A DNA stretch of 64,000 nt from Piromyces finnis finn (Eukaryota > Fungi > Neocallimastigomycota): positions 1,240,001-1,304,000 of the forward strand of contig MCFH01000005.1 of the NCBI GenBank assembly GCA_002104945.1. The letters are read 5' to 3'. Both the position numbers and the translations under genes were made by a program. Under the pieces are notes generated by a model. It had not been told where the DNA came from, ran no database searches, and was given only the letters and a program-made list of their open reading frames with translations. How positions within the stretch are numbered: position 1 is the first letter of the stretch; every line of letters begins with the position of its first letter. Shown here one piece after another: positions 13,972 to 28,591 of this stretch.

Positions 13972-16137
13972 TTTTTTTTTATTAAACTATATCTATTTTT
14001 TTTTTATTAAAAAAGATAACTTTTTAAAAAAAAAAAAACAAAGAAAAGAAAAAAAAAAAATATTATCACAATTATTTAAATTATATGTTTTGTGATATAT
14101 TATTATTTATAATTTTTAAAAGCTTATTATTATTTATTGTAATACTTATTTCATAAATAATCTTAATAATAATAACAACTTTGATTTATAATATCAGTGT
14201 AGATAAGAAAATATAAAAGTAAAATAATATCTAAAAAAAAAAAAAAGAAAAAATAATAGTTTTTTGATATATCAAAGTATGTAAAATTTTTTTTTTTTTT
14301 TTTTTTTTTGGTATGTTTCATTCCTCGGTTATTTAGAATCTATGCTAATATGTAAAAAGATATATAATTAATTTTTATTTAATAAGATTTATGCATATAT
14401 CTATTTTTCTTTCATTAGAAGAAAAATCATAATTAAAAAGGTTTTGAATATAATTTTAAAATTAAACTTTAAATAATGACATTTTTCTTTTAGGAAATTT
14501 TTTTTTCCTAATTTTCTTTTGATGCTCTATTTAGTGTATAGTATATGAAGAATGCGTAATAACAAGAATGAATATTAAATCTTCAATAATAATGAGAACA
14601 ATAATATTAATTATAAAATAATAATATTCATCTTTTTAAAAAATAGTTATTATACATAGAGAGCTAATTATTAAAAATAAAAGAATTAATTATCGTTGTC
14701 TTTGGAATTATTACTACAATTTTAAATAATAGTATTATCTAATTATTAATATTTTAAATTATTATTTAATTCCCGAGATCAATATTAATTAAAAAACATA
14801 TTATAAATAACTTACCAAAACTATTAAATATATAAAACGAATTTACAAATGTGTATTTTATTTTTTTATGATTTTTAAAAGAATTAAAAAATTATAGTAT
14901 TTTCAAATACTAATATTAAAGATATATAAATATAATATTATAATATTTTCATTAATAAATTAAATGATTTAGTGAATTTGCTACATGTTATGTATTATAA
15001 AGTGATTAAATTACCAAAAACTACAATATAAACTTTTTTTTTTATTAATTGTAACCAAAAGTAACTAAAAGAGGTTGTAAAACCATTATAATAAATAAGA
15101 TCAACTATTACTAGAATAATTATATTGATAATACTGATTTTTTTTTAAACAAAACCATAAAAAATAAAGTATTTATTTACTTTTATTATTAAAATTAATT
15201 TACAAAATTTCCAAAGTTATTGAATTGTTGCTATCAACTATTAATGAAAGGTATTAATTAATTAATAGTATTTAGTCTATGATGATCTATCTATCTATCT
15301 ATATTTAAATAATAATAATAATAATAATAATAAAAAAGTATTATTTTTAAAAAAAAAGGATTTAAAATTATTGTTATATTCATTTAAAAAAAATTTTTTT
15401 TAGTAAAGTTTATTTTTTTTTTTTTCAAGTAATGTATCACAAAAAATTAATGATTATTTTCACTACAAATTAATTAATTTTTTGATTAATTTGTACAACT
15501 AAAGCTATGGCTGTAAAAATTTATTTTATTTTGAGAAATATAATTTTTAAACTCAGTTATTATTTTTTTTTAAATATTATTATTATTTTTTTTTATAATA
15601 TTAATTTTAAAATTAACATTATAAAAGAATAAAAGAAAAAGATTACAATATATAAAAACACAATTTTCATTTTAGAATATATTTTTAAGTCATCTTTTTT
15701 TTTTTTTTTTTTTTTTAAAAAAATATGTCAAGTAAAAAAAATACTCCAGAAATAAAAACAACAACTGTAGATTCTCAACAAGTAATTTTTCCTCTATTTT
15801 TTTTTTTTTTTTACTTAAAAAAGTTATTTTTAATTATTTGATAGCTATTATTGTGGTTTAAAATACATCAATGATAAAAAATAGATTATTTTAATTTATA
15901 TTTAAATAATTATTTTTTTTATAATTTTTATAAAGATATTAAATTATATAACAATATTTGTATAAAATTAAAATTTTATACTAATTTAATAATATCAAAA
16001 CCTTCTAAAAATTAAAGCCATATTCAGTAATAACAGTTATAAATGATGGTAACTCTTTTCTTTTCAATATAATTTTATATAAATAAAAATTCTTATTTTT
16101 TTTTTTATGTATTATATATATATTAAATAATTATTTA

Positions 16138-18079
16138 ATGTTGAAAGCTCATGATGATGGTATATGGTCAGTGGTATGGTCGAAGAATACAAATAGAATT
16201 ATAACAGGATCCTTAGATGATAAAATTAAAATATGGTGATTTTTAATATTTATATTTAGTTAATATTAATACATGTGTTATATTGTATTATATTAATTAT
16301 GTATATTTCATATATATATATATATATTTTTTTAAATATTAAATGTATTCCATGAAAAATAAATAAATATGTATATAAAAGGAGTGGTGATCATTACACA
16401 TTAGTTACACCTTTGACAGGTCATTTACTCGGTATTACATCTATGTCTTCGTCAGGAACTGGTTCAGGTATTAATAGAATCAAATATTTTTAAGCCCATT
16501 AAAACATGATAAATATATGAATAGAATAGATTATTATATTTTTATTAATGAATTTAAATATTAATAATAATATTTTTTTTTATTTTTATTACTATTTATT
16601 CTATATCAAAATTTTTATTGTTTTCATAAGAATTTGCATCCGTTTCATTAGATAATCAATTAAGAGTATGGGATTTAAAATTAACAATACCTTCTATTAT
16701 TCATGTAATAAATGCAGGACCTGGTAAATAATTTTAATATAAAATTAAATTTTGTTTATAAAAAAAACAATATATAAAATTCTTAAAATAATAATTTTTT
16801 TTTTTTTTTATGCTTTTATTTTTTATATTCTAATGATATTTTTATTGTTGATATGTAAAGCCGAAGCATGGCAAGTAGCATTTTCACCTGATGGAAAACA
16901 AATTGCAACATCAAATCATTCTGGAAAAATAAATATATGGAATGTAGCCTCTGGAACAAAAAAAACGAGTATTGTATCTAAAGGATCTTTTGGCATGTCA
17001 ATTAGTTATGTAAGTTAACTTTAAAAAAAAAAATTAAATAAAAAAAATAAACATATATATATACATAAATTTAACAATTTATATATTAAAATGTAATATA
17101 ATATCTTTTCATCAATTATCTAATATTATTATTAATTTTTAAAGTCACCTAATGGAATGTTATTAGCATTAGGAACAGAAAATGGTACTATTTTTGTATT
17201 TGATGCTGTATTTGGAACTTTGAAATATTCGTTTAAAAGTATATTTTATACCCATATAATAATAATTTTTATTTTAGTATGTAAATGATGTAAATATTAA
17301 TTTTTTTTATTTATTAAAATGAATCATTAGATCATAGAAAACCAGTCAGAGCTATTGCTTTTTCAACGAATTCAAATCTTTTAATATCAGGTTCTGATGA
17401 TAATTGTATAGTTCTTTATGAATTGTAATCATTAATAATATATATTTTTATTTATAAAATTCATTCATTAGTTAATAAATAATAAAAAAAAAATTAAAGA
17501 AATATTTATATTTTTCATGAGTAACAGAAGAATAATTCATAAATAAATTATTATTATTATTATATATTTGAATCTGTTTTATATAGATCATCGTCAAGGT
17601 CGTCATATCTTTGTACATTAAAAGGACATACATCATGGGTTCTCGATATATCAGTAAGTCCAGATGGTATCCATTTAGCTTCAGGGTAAATAAAGAATAG
17701 TTTCAATAATACCTTTTATTATTAATAATATTTATGGTTGATTAATATTGCTATTTATAAAGGTCAAGTGATAAAACTGTTAAAATTTGGGATCTAGAGA
17801 CAAAACAATGTGTCCATACTTTTGAAGACCATTCTGATCAAGTAAATAAAAAATAAAATAAAATTTAAAAAAGATACTTTATAGATAACCATAAACATAA
17901 TAATAATTATAGTAATGATGATATATTTATTTATATAACAAAAAAAAAAAAAAAAGGTATGGGGTGTTGCTTATAATCCTGATGGAACAAAATTAGCTAG
18001 TGTCGCAGAGGATGGCACAATGATTATACACAAAACATCAACACAACCTAGCATTAATTTAACAGGTCCTTTTAAATAA
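16138..18079 (+). CDS. SKI8: WD40 protein, Ski8/WDR61 homolog (9 exons)
   Basis: Spliced exons give [117 protein letters not shown], colinear with WDR61/Ski8. All introns are GT-AG and phase-consistent. The start codon is inferred. Confidence 0.88.
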
Positions 18080-18287
18080 TGCTATTTATTTAATTAAATA
18101 AATAAAATGAAATAAAGTTACAAAAAAAAAAAAAAAAAAAAAAAATCTTTTTTTTTTAATTTTAAATCTTTATAATGTATACCAAGTTTTGATGAACAAA
18201 AAATAATTATAAATAAAATAATATTATATATATCATTTTTTATATGCAAATTTATTATTAAATTTAATATAATATTTTTTTTGTTAT

Positions 18288-18325
<38 letters not shown>

Positions 18326-18364
18326 TAGGTAAAATAGATTATTTTCTTTCTTTCTTGTCTTTCT

Positions 18365-18395
<31 letters not shown>

Positions 18396-18685
18396 GAATT
18401 AATACATTAATAAATTACTACATTTATATATTTTAAATATTAAATATTAATTAGATATTAAAAAAAAAATAAAGGATTATAAAAAAAAAGATTATATCAT
18501 TTTAATGTAACTTAATTATTTTGAATAACAATATTTTTTTTAATAAAATTATTAAATTACAAGGATATTTATCTGTTATAGTAAAGATTGAATAGTACAT
18601 AAATAAAAAAAAAAAAAGATTATTTTTTTCTATTAAAGCTTTTTTTTTTTTTTTTTTTTTGATAAAATTTTTAAAAAAGTTTTGT

Positions 18686-20615
18686 TTATTGTTCCATTTT
18701 ATCAATAGTTTCATTTTGTTGATCTTCTGCACTATTATTCATTAGAGATGGATCAAAGGAGGTAATTTCCATGTTAATAGCAGTACAATCATCTAAAGTT
18801 TGACATAAGGCTGCAATATTGGCTAAACAGGTTAAAAATTCAGGATAATAACTATTAAATGGAGTTGAGGTGTTTGAGGAATTATTTTCTTCTGAAATAT
18901 CCATGTTAGAAGATGAATTAATATTACTGTAATAATCAGATGTTTGGTAAGACTTAATATTTTTTTCTGAAAAAGTTCTTAATATGATATTAAGAGAATT
19001 GGTATCATAGATATCCAATGGTTTTTCTTTATTATATCCATGCACTATTCTTTTTAATTTATTTTTAATATCTAATAAATTCATATCATTCACAGGTTCA
19101 GCAGTTACATCCATTTCTTTTAATGTATTTTCCACAATTAAAACGTCACTTAAATTATTAGTTGATTTGGTTCTTACTGCAGAATCAAAAGACATTTCAT
19201 ATTTACGATAGAGTTCTCTTTTTTTCTTTTCTTTTTCTATTTTTTCTTTAATTTTTTCATATTTTTCATTTATTCCGTTTTCAAAATTTAAATGAAAACT
19301 ACCAATTTCTGTTGAATCTAAAACTTCCTTTATTCCATCGGATACACATATAATGGAAAAACGATGATTTTCCGTTTTTTCTAAAAGGGTTGGTATATCA
19401 AATTCATAGACAGAAGTTCTACCTAATGTTCTTCCTGCATGGTTTCTATTACCGAGTGTATTCGTTAGTGATAAACCGTATATTGATGTTGGACTTGTCA
19501 ATGAATAAAAGTCTAAATTATAAAAATAAAAAATAAAACGTATTAGCAAAAGCAAATAAAATATATAGTGATTTATTAAAGGAATTATATATAATTTTTT
19601 CTATAATACTGTTAAAATTTACTCACATCTATTTAAAGTAGCAAATTGTTTACAATATTCCCCAACATAATTGTAATCTTGTTGTACAGCATATTGAGAT
19701 TGACCTTCGTGTAAATAATCAGGGTATGATGCTAATGTATCATCATATGAACAAACATTATACATATCATCTTTTTGTGGTCTTTTCCAAACTTTTAAAG
19801 CCTTACCAGTGATTGGATCAAATATCATCATATTTGAATCACCAATATTCAAACAAAATAGATAATTTCTCCAAGTAAGACAAATACATATAGTTGAACC
19901 ATTATCATTACAAAGTGTTGGATCTTCATCACTTAATACTTGATCCATCATTCTATGAAAGTTTTTAAGGCCTTCTCTTAAATGTTTTAAAAAGGAATTT
20001 TCTAATTTCTTTTCTTCTTCTTCTTGTGATGGTTTATAATAATATCTATATTTCTTTTCCATTTCCAAGTCACGTTTTACATTTGAATTTGCCATTTGAA
20101 ATATTGATTTTAAAACAATAGTAATATGCTTTTTAACCAAAGCAACAAAACGTTCACCTCCACTTGCTATCCATTTTGACTATATTTAAAATATTATAAT
20201 ATTATTAATATTAATATGATATATTATTATTTTTAATGATATATATTATAAAGTTTAAAACTAGAATTTCGATTAAGAAAATAATAATAAAACAGTCTTT
20301 TTGAATATTTACACTATCCTTTGGAACATTTCTGTTTTCACCGTGACCATCTGCTAAAAAGATTCCAGCAACTACATCATCAAATTCTGATGGAAATTCT
20401 TTTGATTTATTAATATAATCAGTTCTACTATTAAATTCAAAAGTTCCACAAATATCTTCATTTACAACAACTTCATTATTATTATAAAAATGACTTTTTC
20501 CTGCTACAGAATGAGATGAAATTCTTATTGGAAATAAAGTTTTATTGTCAGGTTGTACATTTGCTAAATTTGGAGCATTTTTACTATTAAACCATATTTC
20601 TGAATTTAATTCCAT
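18686..20615 (-). CDS. PP2C/PPM-family phosphatase-like protein (3 exons: 20615-20323, 20179-19627, 19512-18686)
   Basis: PPM motifs in order: FLADGHG, CLNIGDS, LSLTNTLGN, ICVSDGI, LDDCTAI. GT-AG introns are phase-compatible. Confidence 0.75.
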
Positions 20616-22080
20616 TTTATGTATTATATTATTATTAACGTATTAATGAATAAACGATGAATAAATCTATATTACTGAGACTTAATTGATAAACAATTAA
20701 ATTATTTAATTCTAAATTTGTGATGCTATTAAATTACTTGTATTTGTAGTATATTGATAAATACTACGATAATAATTATATATATAAAAGTGTATAATGA
20801 TTTTGTATATTAAAGAAAAATATATGTAATATATATATAATATAATAAAAATTAATTTATATATATATTGTTAAAAAAAAAAATTATTGTGTTCTTTTAT
20901 TCGAAAAATAATTGATTATTGATTTTGTTAATATATTGAATATTATTTTTTATATGTTTATTGAGGTTAGATTAAGTATTGAGGTTATATTAAGACTGAA
21001 ATTTTAATCTTGCGTATATAAATTATCTTATAAATATTAAAAAAAAAGAGTAATAGCTATATATATATATATATATAAATATCTATACATTATTTCTTTT
21101 AAATGTTTTGCTCCTTGTATATTGTATTAATGTTTATACAATCAAGATCTTTTTCTGTTTATCATTTGAAAAAAAAAAAAAAAAAATACACATTAAAACA
21201 TTGATGACTATTATTCTTCCTGAAAATAAGTTTTAAATGTTTCCTAGTTTCTTGTATATGTATATTCATAAATTAAATCCATAGATGGATTTCTAATAAA
21301 TAATGAATATTTATAACAATAAAATAATATATATAAAGATGATAATAATTAGAATTTTAAATATATAAAGTATTTAATTTTAGTTTCAACTATTTTAATA
21401 TCAAAGTATAGTTGTATCTTTTTATTTTTTTTTTTTTTTTTTACATATACTATATTTTGGTTTTTTTCTTCTCTTTTCTTTATTTTTTTTTTTTTTAAAA
21501 AAAAGAATGAAATAAAGTATAAATTAATATATTATATTTTAATAATTATATATATTTATTATTATTTATTATTTATTATCATTATTTATTATTAATCATA
21601 ATCTTTAATTTTTAATAGATCATTTCATAATAAATTTAATATTCTACAATATATTATAAATCAATTTGAAATATATCCATAGGTTCTAATTTAAAAATTA
21701 GTATGCATTATATATATTACAATATATTAATATATATATAAATTACAACTGTTTTAAATCAAAAAGAAAAAAAGATAAAGCAAAAATGGGAAAACAACCG
21801 TAGGAGTCGTAGCAGAGGAATCATACTAAAAATTAATAATAAAATTAATAATAAATATATAAAAATAATAATAACAAAAGGAATAATTAAATAGTAGGTA
21901 AAGGGTACTAGAATAATAATATCCTTGTTTTTGTTATATTCAATTATTGCAATGAATTAAGAAAGAAATAAACCAATTATTATTGGTTTATGTTTACAAT
22001 CAAAAAAAAAAAATTAAATTTCAATTAGTTAATTTTAAGGTAATTATTTATCAATAAATTTTAATAAATATATAATTATA

Positions 22081-22224
<144 letters not shown>

Positions 22225-22376
22225 TTAATACTTTTAAAAAACTTGACTTTAAAATGGTATTAGCAGGTTTCTTTTATTTGTATTTTTTATGATAGCCAAA
22301 TACTATATATATATATATATATTACTTGTACTATTTATATTCCCTTCTTTATATGCTATGTACTATATACTTTTTT

Positions 22377-23846
22377 TTACAAGAGTTGTTCAAATCTTGT
22401 TTTTTGAGGTTTCATCCCTAAATGTTCATAAAAATGATAGGCATTTGCATTGTCATACCAGGCATCAAGAGTTAAATTATGACACCCTAATTTTTTTGCA
22501 TATTTTATAGCAAATTCATACAATTGTTTTCCAATCTTTTGTCCTCTTGCCTTTTCATCAACGCATAAATCCTCAATAAAGAAATTTTTAATAGGCTCTA
22601 AATTAGATGCTTTGATATCTTTAATTTCACAAAAAAGATGACCTATAACATTTTGATTCTCATTAACATAAACAAAAATTGGTTTAGCATCATTTTTAAT
22701 AAGGGTCGTTAATTCTTCATCAGAAAATTTATTACCAGTAGCTTTAAATAAATCGGGTCTTGCTATATGATGCACATGTAATACTTGTGCTAACAAATTA
22801 TTTATTGCTGGAATATCATCTAAGGTTGCTCTTCTAATTATTGATGTTATGTTGTCTTTTTTTATTTCTAAATCTTGAGGAAATACAGTTTTATTTTTCG
22901 TATTTTCTAATTCTTGTCTAAGTATTTCTATATCATGAGGGCGAGTACGACAACATCCACCAACAATTTTTGCTCCTAGAGAATGCCATTGTTTAATATT
23001 ATCAAAAAGTGATGGCAAGTTACCTGATGGGGCATGCCAAGTTTTAGTTTCCTTATTAAATATTTCACCTGATTGCGGATAGGTTACCAATGGTTTTTTA
23101 GTAACTTTGATAAATTCATTTAAACCACTATTATATATGGAGGGTAAACAACAATTTAAACCCATGGCTAAAATTTGATCCACCTTATCACAATAGGAAG
23201 CAACTTTTTCAATTGGGGTCCCATCTGAAATAGATATTCCATCTTGGGATGTAAATGAAAAATAGGCTTCTACTTTAGGATATTCCTCCATTAAAACTTC
23301 AGCAATTGCTTGAACTTCATCAAAATTAGGGATAGTTTCAACAGCTAATAAATCAACACCTTCATCTATTAATAATGCAATCCTTGGTCGATGAAAATCT
23401 TTTAATGCATTTTTATTAATATTATATATACCAGTATATTCTGAACCATTTGCTAAATACGCTGCATACGGACCAATATCTCCACTAATTAATGGGTATA
23501 TACGATCATTTTTTTTATTATTTAATGACTTAAGCCATACTTTATCACGTGCATTTTTAGCTAATTTTACAGATAAACGAATAATATTTTCAGCTTCTGT
23601 TTGAGATAAGCCATATTCTATTAAACCCGGCAATGTTGCTTGATAGGTTGAAGTAGTAACAATGTCACTACCAGAATAAATATAACATTCATGTATTTTT
23701 TCAATTACTTCTGGTTGGCTAATTAAATATTCAGCAGACCAGAGTTTCCCTGAAACATCATAACCCCGACTTTCTAATTCTGTTCCTAATGCCCCATGTA
23801 AAATTAAATATTCCTGCTTTTCTAATAATTCTCTAAAACGCCCCAT
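22377..23846 (-). CDS. mmuM: Homocysteine S-methyltransferase (MmuM type) fused to a C-terminal GNAT N-acetyltransferase; intronless, bacterial-like
   Basis: The N-terminal about 315 aa carry GALGTELE..G, LWSA, TYQAT, GPYAAYLA.GSEY.G.Y, ETIP, GLNC and GGCCRTRP (Zn-binding cysteines). The last about 150 aa are GNAT: IRRAT..DI, IEDLCVDEKARGQKIGKQL (acetyl-CoA motif A), N..A..FYE.LG. Confidence 0.92.
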   Translation of the reverse strand: MGRFRELLEKQEYLILHGALGTELESRGYDVSGKLWSAEYLISQPEVIEKIHECYIYSGSDIVTTSTYQATLPGLIEYGLSQTEAENIIRLSVKLAKNARDKVWLKSLNNKKNDRIYPLISGDIGPYAAYLANGSEYTGIYNINKNALKDFHRPRIALLIDEGVDLLAVETIPNFDEVQAIAEVLMEEYPKVEAYFSFTSQDGISISDGTPIEKVASYCDKVDQILAMGLNCCLPSIYNSGLNEFIKVTKKPLVTYPQSGEIFNKETKTWHAPSGNLPSLFDNIKQWHSLGAKIVGGCCRTRPHDIEILRQELENTKNKTVFPQDLEIKKDNITSIIRRATLDDIPAINNLLAQVLHVHHIARPDLFKATGNKFSDEELTTLIKNDAKPIFVYVNENQNVIGHLFCEIKDIKASNLEPIKNFFIEDLCVDEKARGQKIGKQLYEFAIKYAKKLGCHNLTLDAWYDNANAYHFYEHLGMKPQKTRFEQLL

Positions 23847-25225
23847 TCAATATTCCACCCTCTTATATAATATCATAATAATAATATTATAATTAATAAG
23901 AATAAAAATAATTTTATAGCATTTTTATTTTTCAATTTAATGATAATTTATTTAGAATATCATTATAAATAATTTTATTTTGCATTTCTAATATTAATAC
24001 AATATCTATATAGGTGTCAAAGAACACTTTTAAATATTTTAAAAATAATGAAATTTGTGATGAATTCAAAAGTTTGAATATAATAATTTAAAAAATATAT
24101 ATATATAAAAGTGAATTTGTTTAATTGAATGACTAATTTTTTTGTTAAATATATTAAATATTATAAAATAATTATACTTCAATTTGAAAAAAGAAAAACA
24201 AGAAAATCCATTGTATTAAAACATTTGTACTAACTTTTTAAAATCCTGCAAGTAAAGAATTAAAGGATTAGTTAAAAATGAATTTGTGAAAAAAAAAAAA
24301 TTTAAACTTGAATTTTTAAATATATTTAAAATTTATTATTACATATAAAAATAAGCCAATGATATTAAATTTTACATTTTCATTTATTATACAAATCCTA
24401 AATCCTATTAACATAATATTTAACTTTTAATTCTTATTTTTTTTTATTATTTAACATTTGCTTTTTTCTTTTTTTTTTTTTTTTACTATGAAAAATAGAT
24501 AAAAGAAATATAAAAAATTTAGTAACAACCAATAGAGGGATAAAGAGAAATAAATAAAATGGGCACACTATTATTTAAAGTGCAATTAAATATACTTTAT
24601 TTTTCTTTCATTCATAATTTATAACGAACTTGTATGAATAATAAATGAATTGTTCGTTCCTTTTCTTTTTTTTTAATTATTAAAAAATAATAACATTGTT
24701 ATAATCGATGTATAAATTAAAATCGTTATAAAAGTTGATTTGAACTAGTGAATTGTTACTTTATAAAACTGAAAAATGCCTAACCCAAAAGTTGAATCAT
24801 CCATTAATTAATTTATATAGTTTAAAACTTTATCAATTATTAATCTTATTCTATATTAATTTATTATTATTATTCAAAAATTTAATTTTAAAAAATTCCA
24901 TTTAAAAGAGTAAAATTAATTTTTTTTATATTTTTAAAGAAAAGTCAAGAATAATAACATATACATATTTGTATATATAAATAAAAGATAAATATCTATA
25001 TAAAATATACAAAAATAGAAATAAAGAAGTAAAAAATAATATTTAGATTACATATTATTTTTGTAGTAAATAAGGTAAATTATTTAAAAAGAGATTAAAG
25101 TAACATAATTCTTAATTTTAAAAGAAATTTTTTTGAATTAATATATATTTATTATACCTATATTTATATTTATATATATACTAATTACTATATATATTGT
25201 TCAATTCTTTGGAAAAGAACTTAAA

Positions 25226-27380
25226 ATGAGTAATTATCGTTGTAATATAATCAACTTCATTTAAGAATTTTAAAAATTATATTCTAAATTTCAATTATCA
25301 TTTTATTATTAGATAACGGAGAAAAAATTGAAAATTGTTTATGTACCTTTAAAACAGAATACCCAATTTATTCTTTAGCTCTAAGAAGAAATAAACTTTT
25401 TATTGGTGGAGGAAAACCAAACCAATTACCAATACTTGTAATTTTTTTATGTTTATAAATGGATTAATTTGTTTTAGCAACTGAATATTTATTAAAAAAT
25501 AAATTATTACATAATTTATTAGAGTTGTTATTCGAAGGAAGGAAGCGATTTTAAACTAGTTAGTAAACAAGAATTTGAGAACAATGTTCATTTTGTTTCA
25601 AGTATTGCCATTCACCCAAAGGTAAGAAAAAGACAATATAAACAATGTAATACATTATATATTAATAAACACTAATATAATAAGCATATTTAATTTTAAT
25701 TTAACTATTAAAGGAAAGAATAATTGCTTGTGGTATTAACAATTCTGAAGAAGTAATTAAAAAAAATAATAATCAAAACAAAAGTTGTAAAATTTATAAA
25801 TATAAAAATAATGAGTAAGTATTATAGTTATTTTAGTGTATCATTGTGTATATATTTAATATAAAAGAAAAGAAATTTATAGTATAATACTTTAATAAAT
25901 TTCTTATATACTGTAATTGCTTAAAGATTTCAATTAATTCATGAATTGCATTCATTAAAAGGGGACGCATCCAATGATTTTCAGGTAATTGATAGTTACA
26001 CTTTTAAATAAATTAATAAAAAATCAATATTGTAATATTACACTATATTATAATATTATGTACAATTTATAAATATTAATATTAATATATATATATATAT
26101 TAATTAATAATAATAGAATAATACAAAATTTAATAGTGATGGTACCCTTCTTTTAACTGCCGGAACTGATGGTTTGGTATGTAATTTATAATCATGTTGA
26201 TTGTTATACATTAAAGTCGTAGTACAATGGTTTCTCACAATAATACTATTAATATTATAGATTACCATGTTTGATACTGTAGATTATCATCCATTGTTTA
26301 TAAGAGATCAAGGTGAATCTGTTTTGGATACACATTTTAATGAATCTGGATCCTTGGTAAATAAATAAATAAATAATAAGTATTTAAAAATTCTTTATTA
26401 ATATATATTTTTTTTCATTAATAATAAAATAGGTTGTTTCAGTTTCTTCTCAACGTTTAGTTGTATTTAAATCAGCTAACGGTTCTATTGTATATGAAAT
26501 CTCAAATCCAATATTTAATGGTAAAAGAGAAGCTACTTTTGCATCAGCCAGGTATATAATATTTTTTTTTTTTTATAATTCACAATAAAAAAACATAAAC
26601 ATAAAAAAAAATTTTTTTTTTCTAATTATATATATATTTATATTTTAATATCATATATGTACAATGATATTAAAGATTTGGTCAGGGTGAATCGAGAACA
26701 AAACTTTTTATAATAGCAAATATTGATACCAAAAAATCAATTTTATGTACTTTAGATATTAGTAATTGGGATAAAGTTCATACTAAAACAATTTTAAAAA
26801 ATATAGGTATTAAGAAAATTGAAGTGAGGTAACTAAATTAACATTAGTTTATTATATATACAACCATAATATACAAGCATAATATCATGATATACTAAAT
26901 AAATGAAAAATTTTTATAACTATTAATGAATATAGCCCAAGTGGATCCCATCTTACTTATGTTACTGTTGATAATCAATTAGGTGTAGTAAACACAAAAA
27001 CTGCTAGAGTTATATTAAAAATTAATACTGCAGAATTAACAGACAATGACGATATTATAACTTCAATAAGTTATACTGATGAAGAGCATGAACTCATTTT
27101 TGGTACAGATCAAGGTGTATGTAAATTATTAAAATTAAAACGTGCACCAGAAACAGTTGGTAAGTATTATTGATTATGATAATTATCATTCATTGTTCCA
27201 TTTATAGTAATTTAATTAAATAACTCTATCATAAATAAATATTTTTAAATAGTTAAATTCGTTCTTGTATCAATGTCTGTAATATCAATGCTTTGTATTA
27301 TAATTCTTGTACTATATGCTATCATGAGCAAAAACCCAGAATATACCTTTACTAGCAACGATATGTATGATGGTACGTAA
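25226..27380 (+). CDS. SEC12: Sec12/PREB-like WD40 type II membrane protein (Sar1 GEF), multi-exon; start uncertain
   Basis: Spliced exons give EYPIYSLAL..LFIGGG, SIAIHPK, IACGINNSEE, FNSDGTLLLTAGTDG, FASARFG, then a C-terminal TM helix (FVLVSMSVISMLCIIILVLYAIM) and a short luminal tail ending TAA at 27378-27380. Confidence 0.7.
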
Positions 27381-28109
27381 AAGTTTATATACATTATTTT
27401 ACTCATTGTTAAAATATATATATATACATAATAAAATAAAATCATTTTATATTTATATTAATTATTATTATTATTATTATTATTTCAATATAATGTTCTT
27501 TATTTTTTATATTTTTAAAATAATAATAATAAAAAAAATAGAATTGTAGAAATATTTAATCCAAGGACAATCACGATTCTTTTTTTTTTTTTAGAAATTC
27601 AATATATGTTAAATATTTTTTAAAACTAATAACAATTATATATATAAAAACTAAACAAAACAAACCAAGAAGGAAAAAAAATGTAAAAACTTTTATAGTA
27701 TATATATAAATTTTAAATAAAATAAAAATTAAAATATAGCCCTATCAATAAATAGTAAATATTATGAATTTAAATAAAGAATAAACATATAACAATAATT
27801 ATAAATCTATGATAGGATAATAAATAAGATAAATATATCAATAAAATATTAAAGATTGTAATAATAATAGCATTTTCTGAAATATACGGATTAAGCTAAC
27901 TGAAAGTGATGAAAATTAATGATAAATGATATTTCATTATTATTTTTTTTAAAAAAGAAAAAAAAAAAAAAAATAAAAGAAAATATTAGTTATTTTTATA
28001 ATATTCATAGTTACAATTTAATTTTTATTATTATAATTAAAATACTAGTATAAAATGTGTGTGAATGTTTTTTATATATTAAAAAAAAAATTAAAAATGT
28101 TTACCTTAC

Positions 28110-28348
<239 letters not shown>

Positions 28349-28591
28349 ATGCCATAATAGTTTAATTTTATCTTTTTGAAATTTTAAATTTATAAATAAT
28401 TAATTAAAACTTTATTTTTATTTAATTAAAACAAAACAATTCAAGCAGCAATATATTAAATTACATTTTTACTTTTACTTTTATTTTTTTTTTTATTGTA
28501 TTGAAAGGATAGAATATTATTATAGTTGTTGTATTAAATAAAAGTATTATATAGTTCAAATATAAATTTATAAAAATAAAACTGATTTAAA

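Noticed and set aside
21781-21830. Short GC-richer stretch as a snoRNA
   Set aside because: No complete C/D or H/ACA boxes or terminal stem could be identified.
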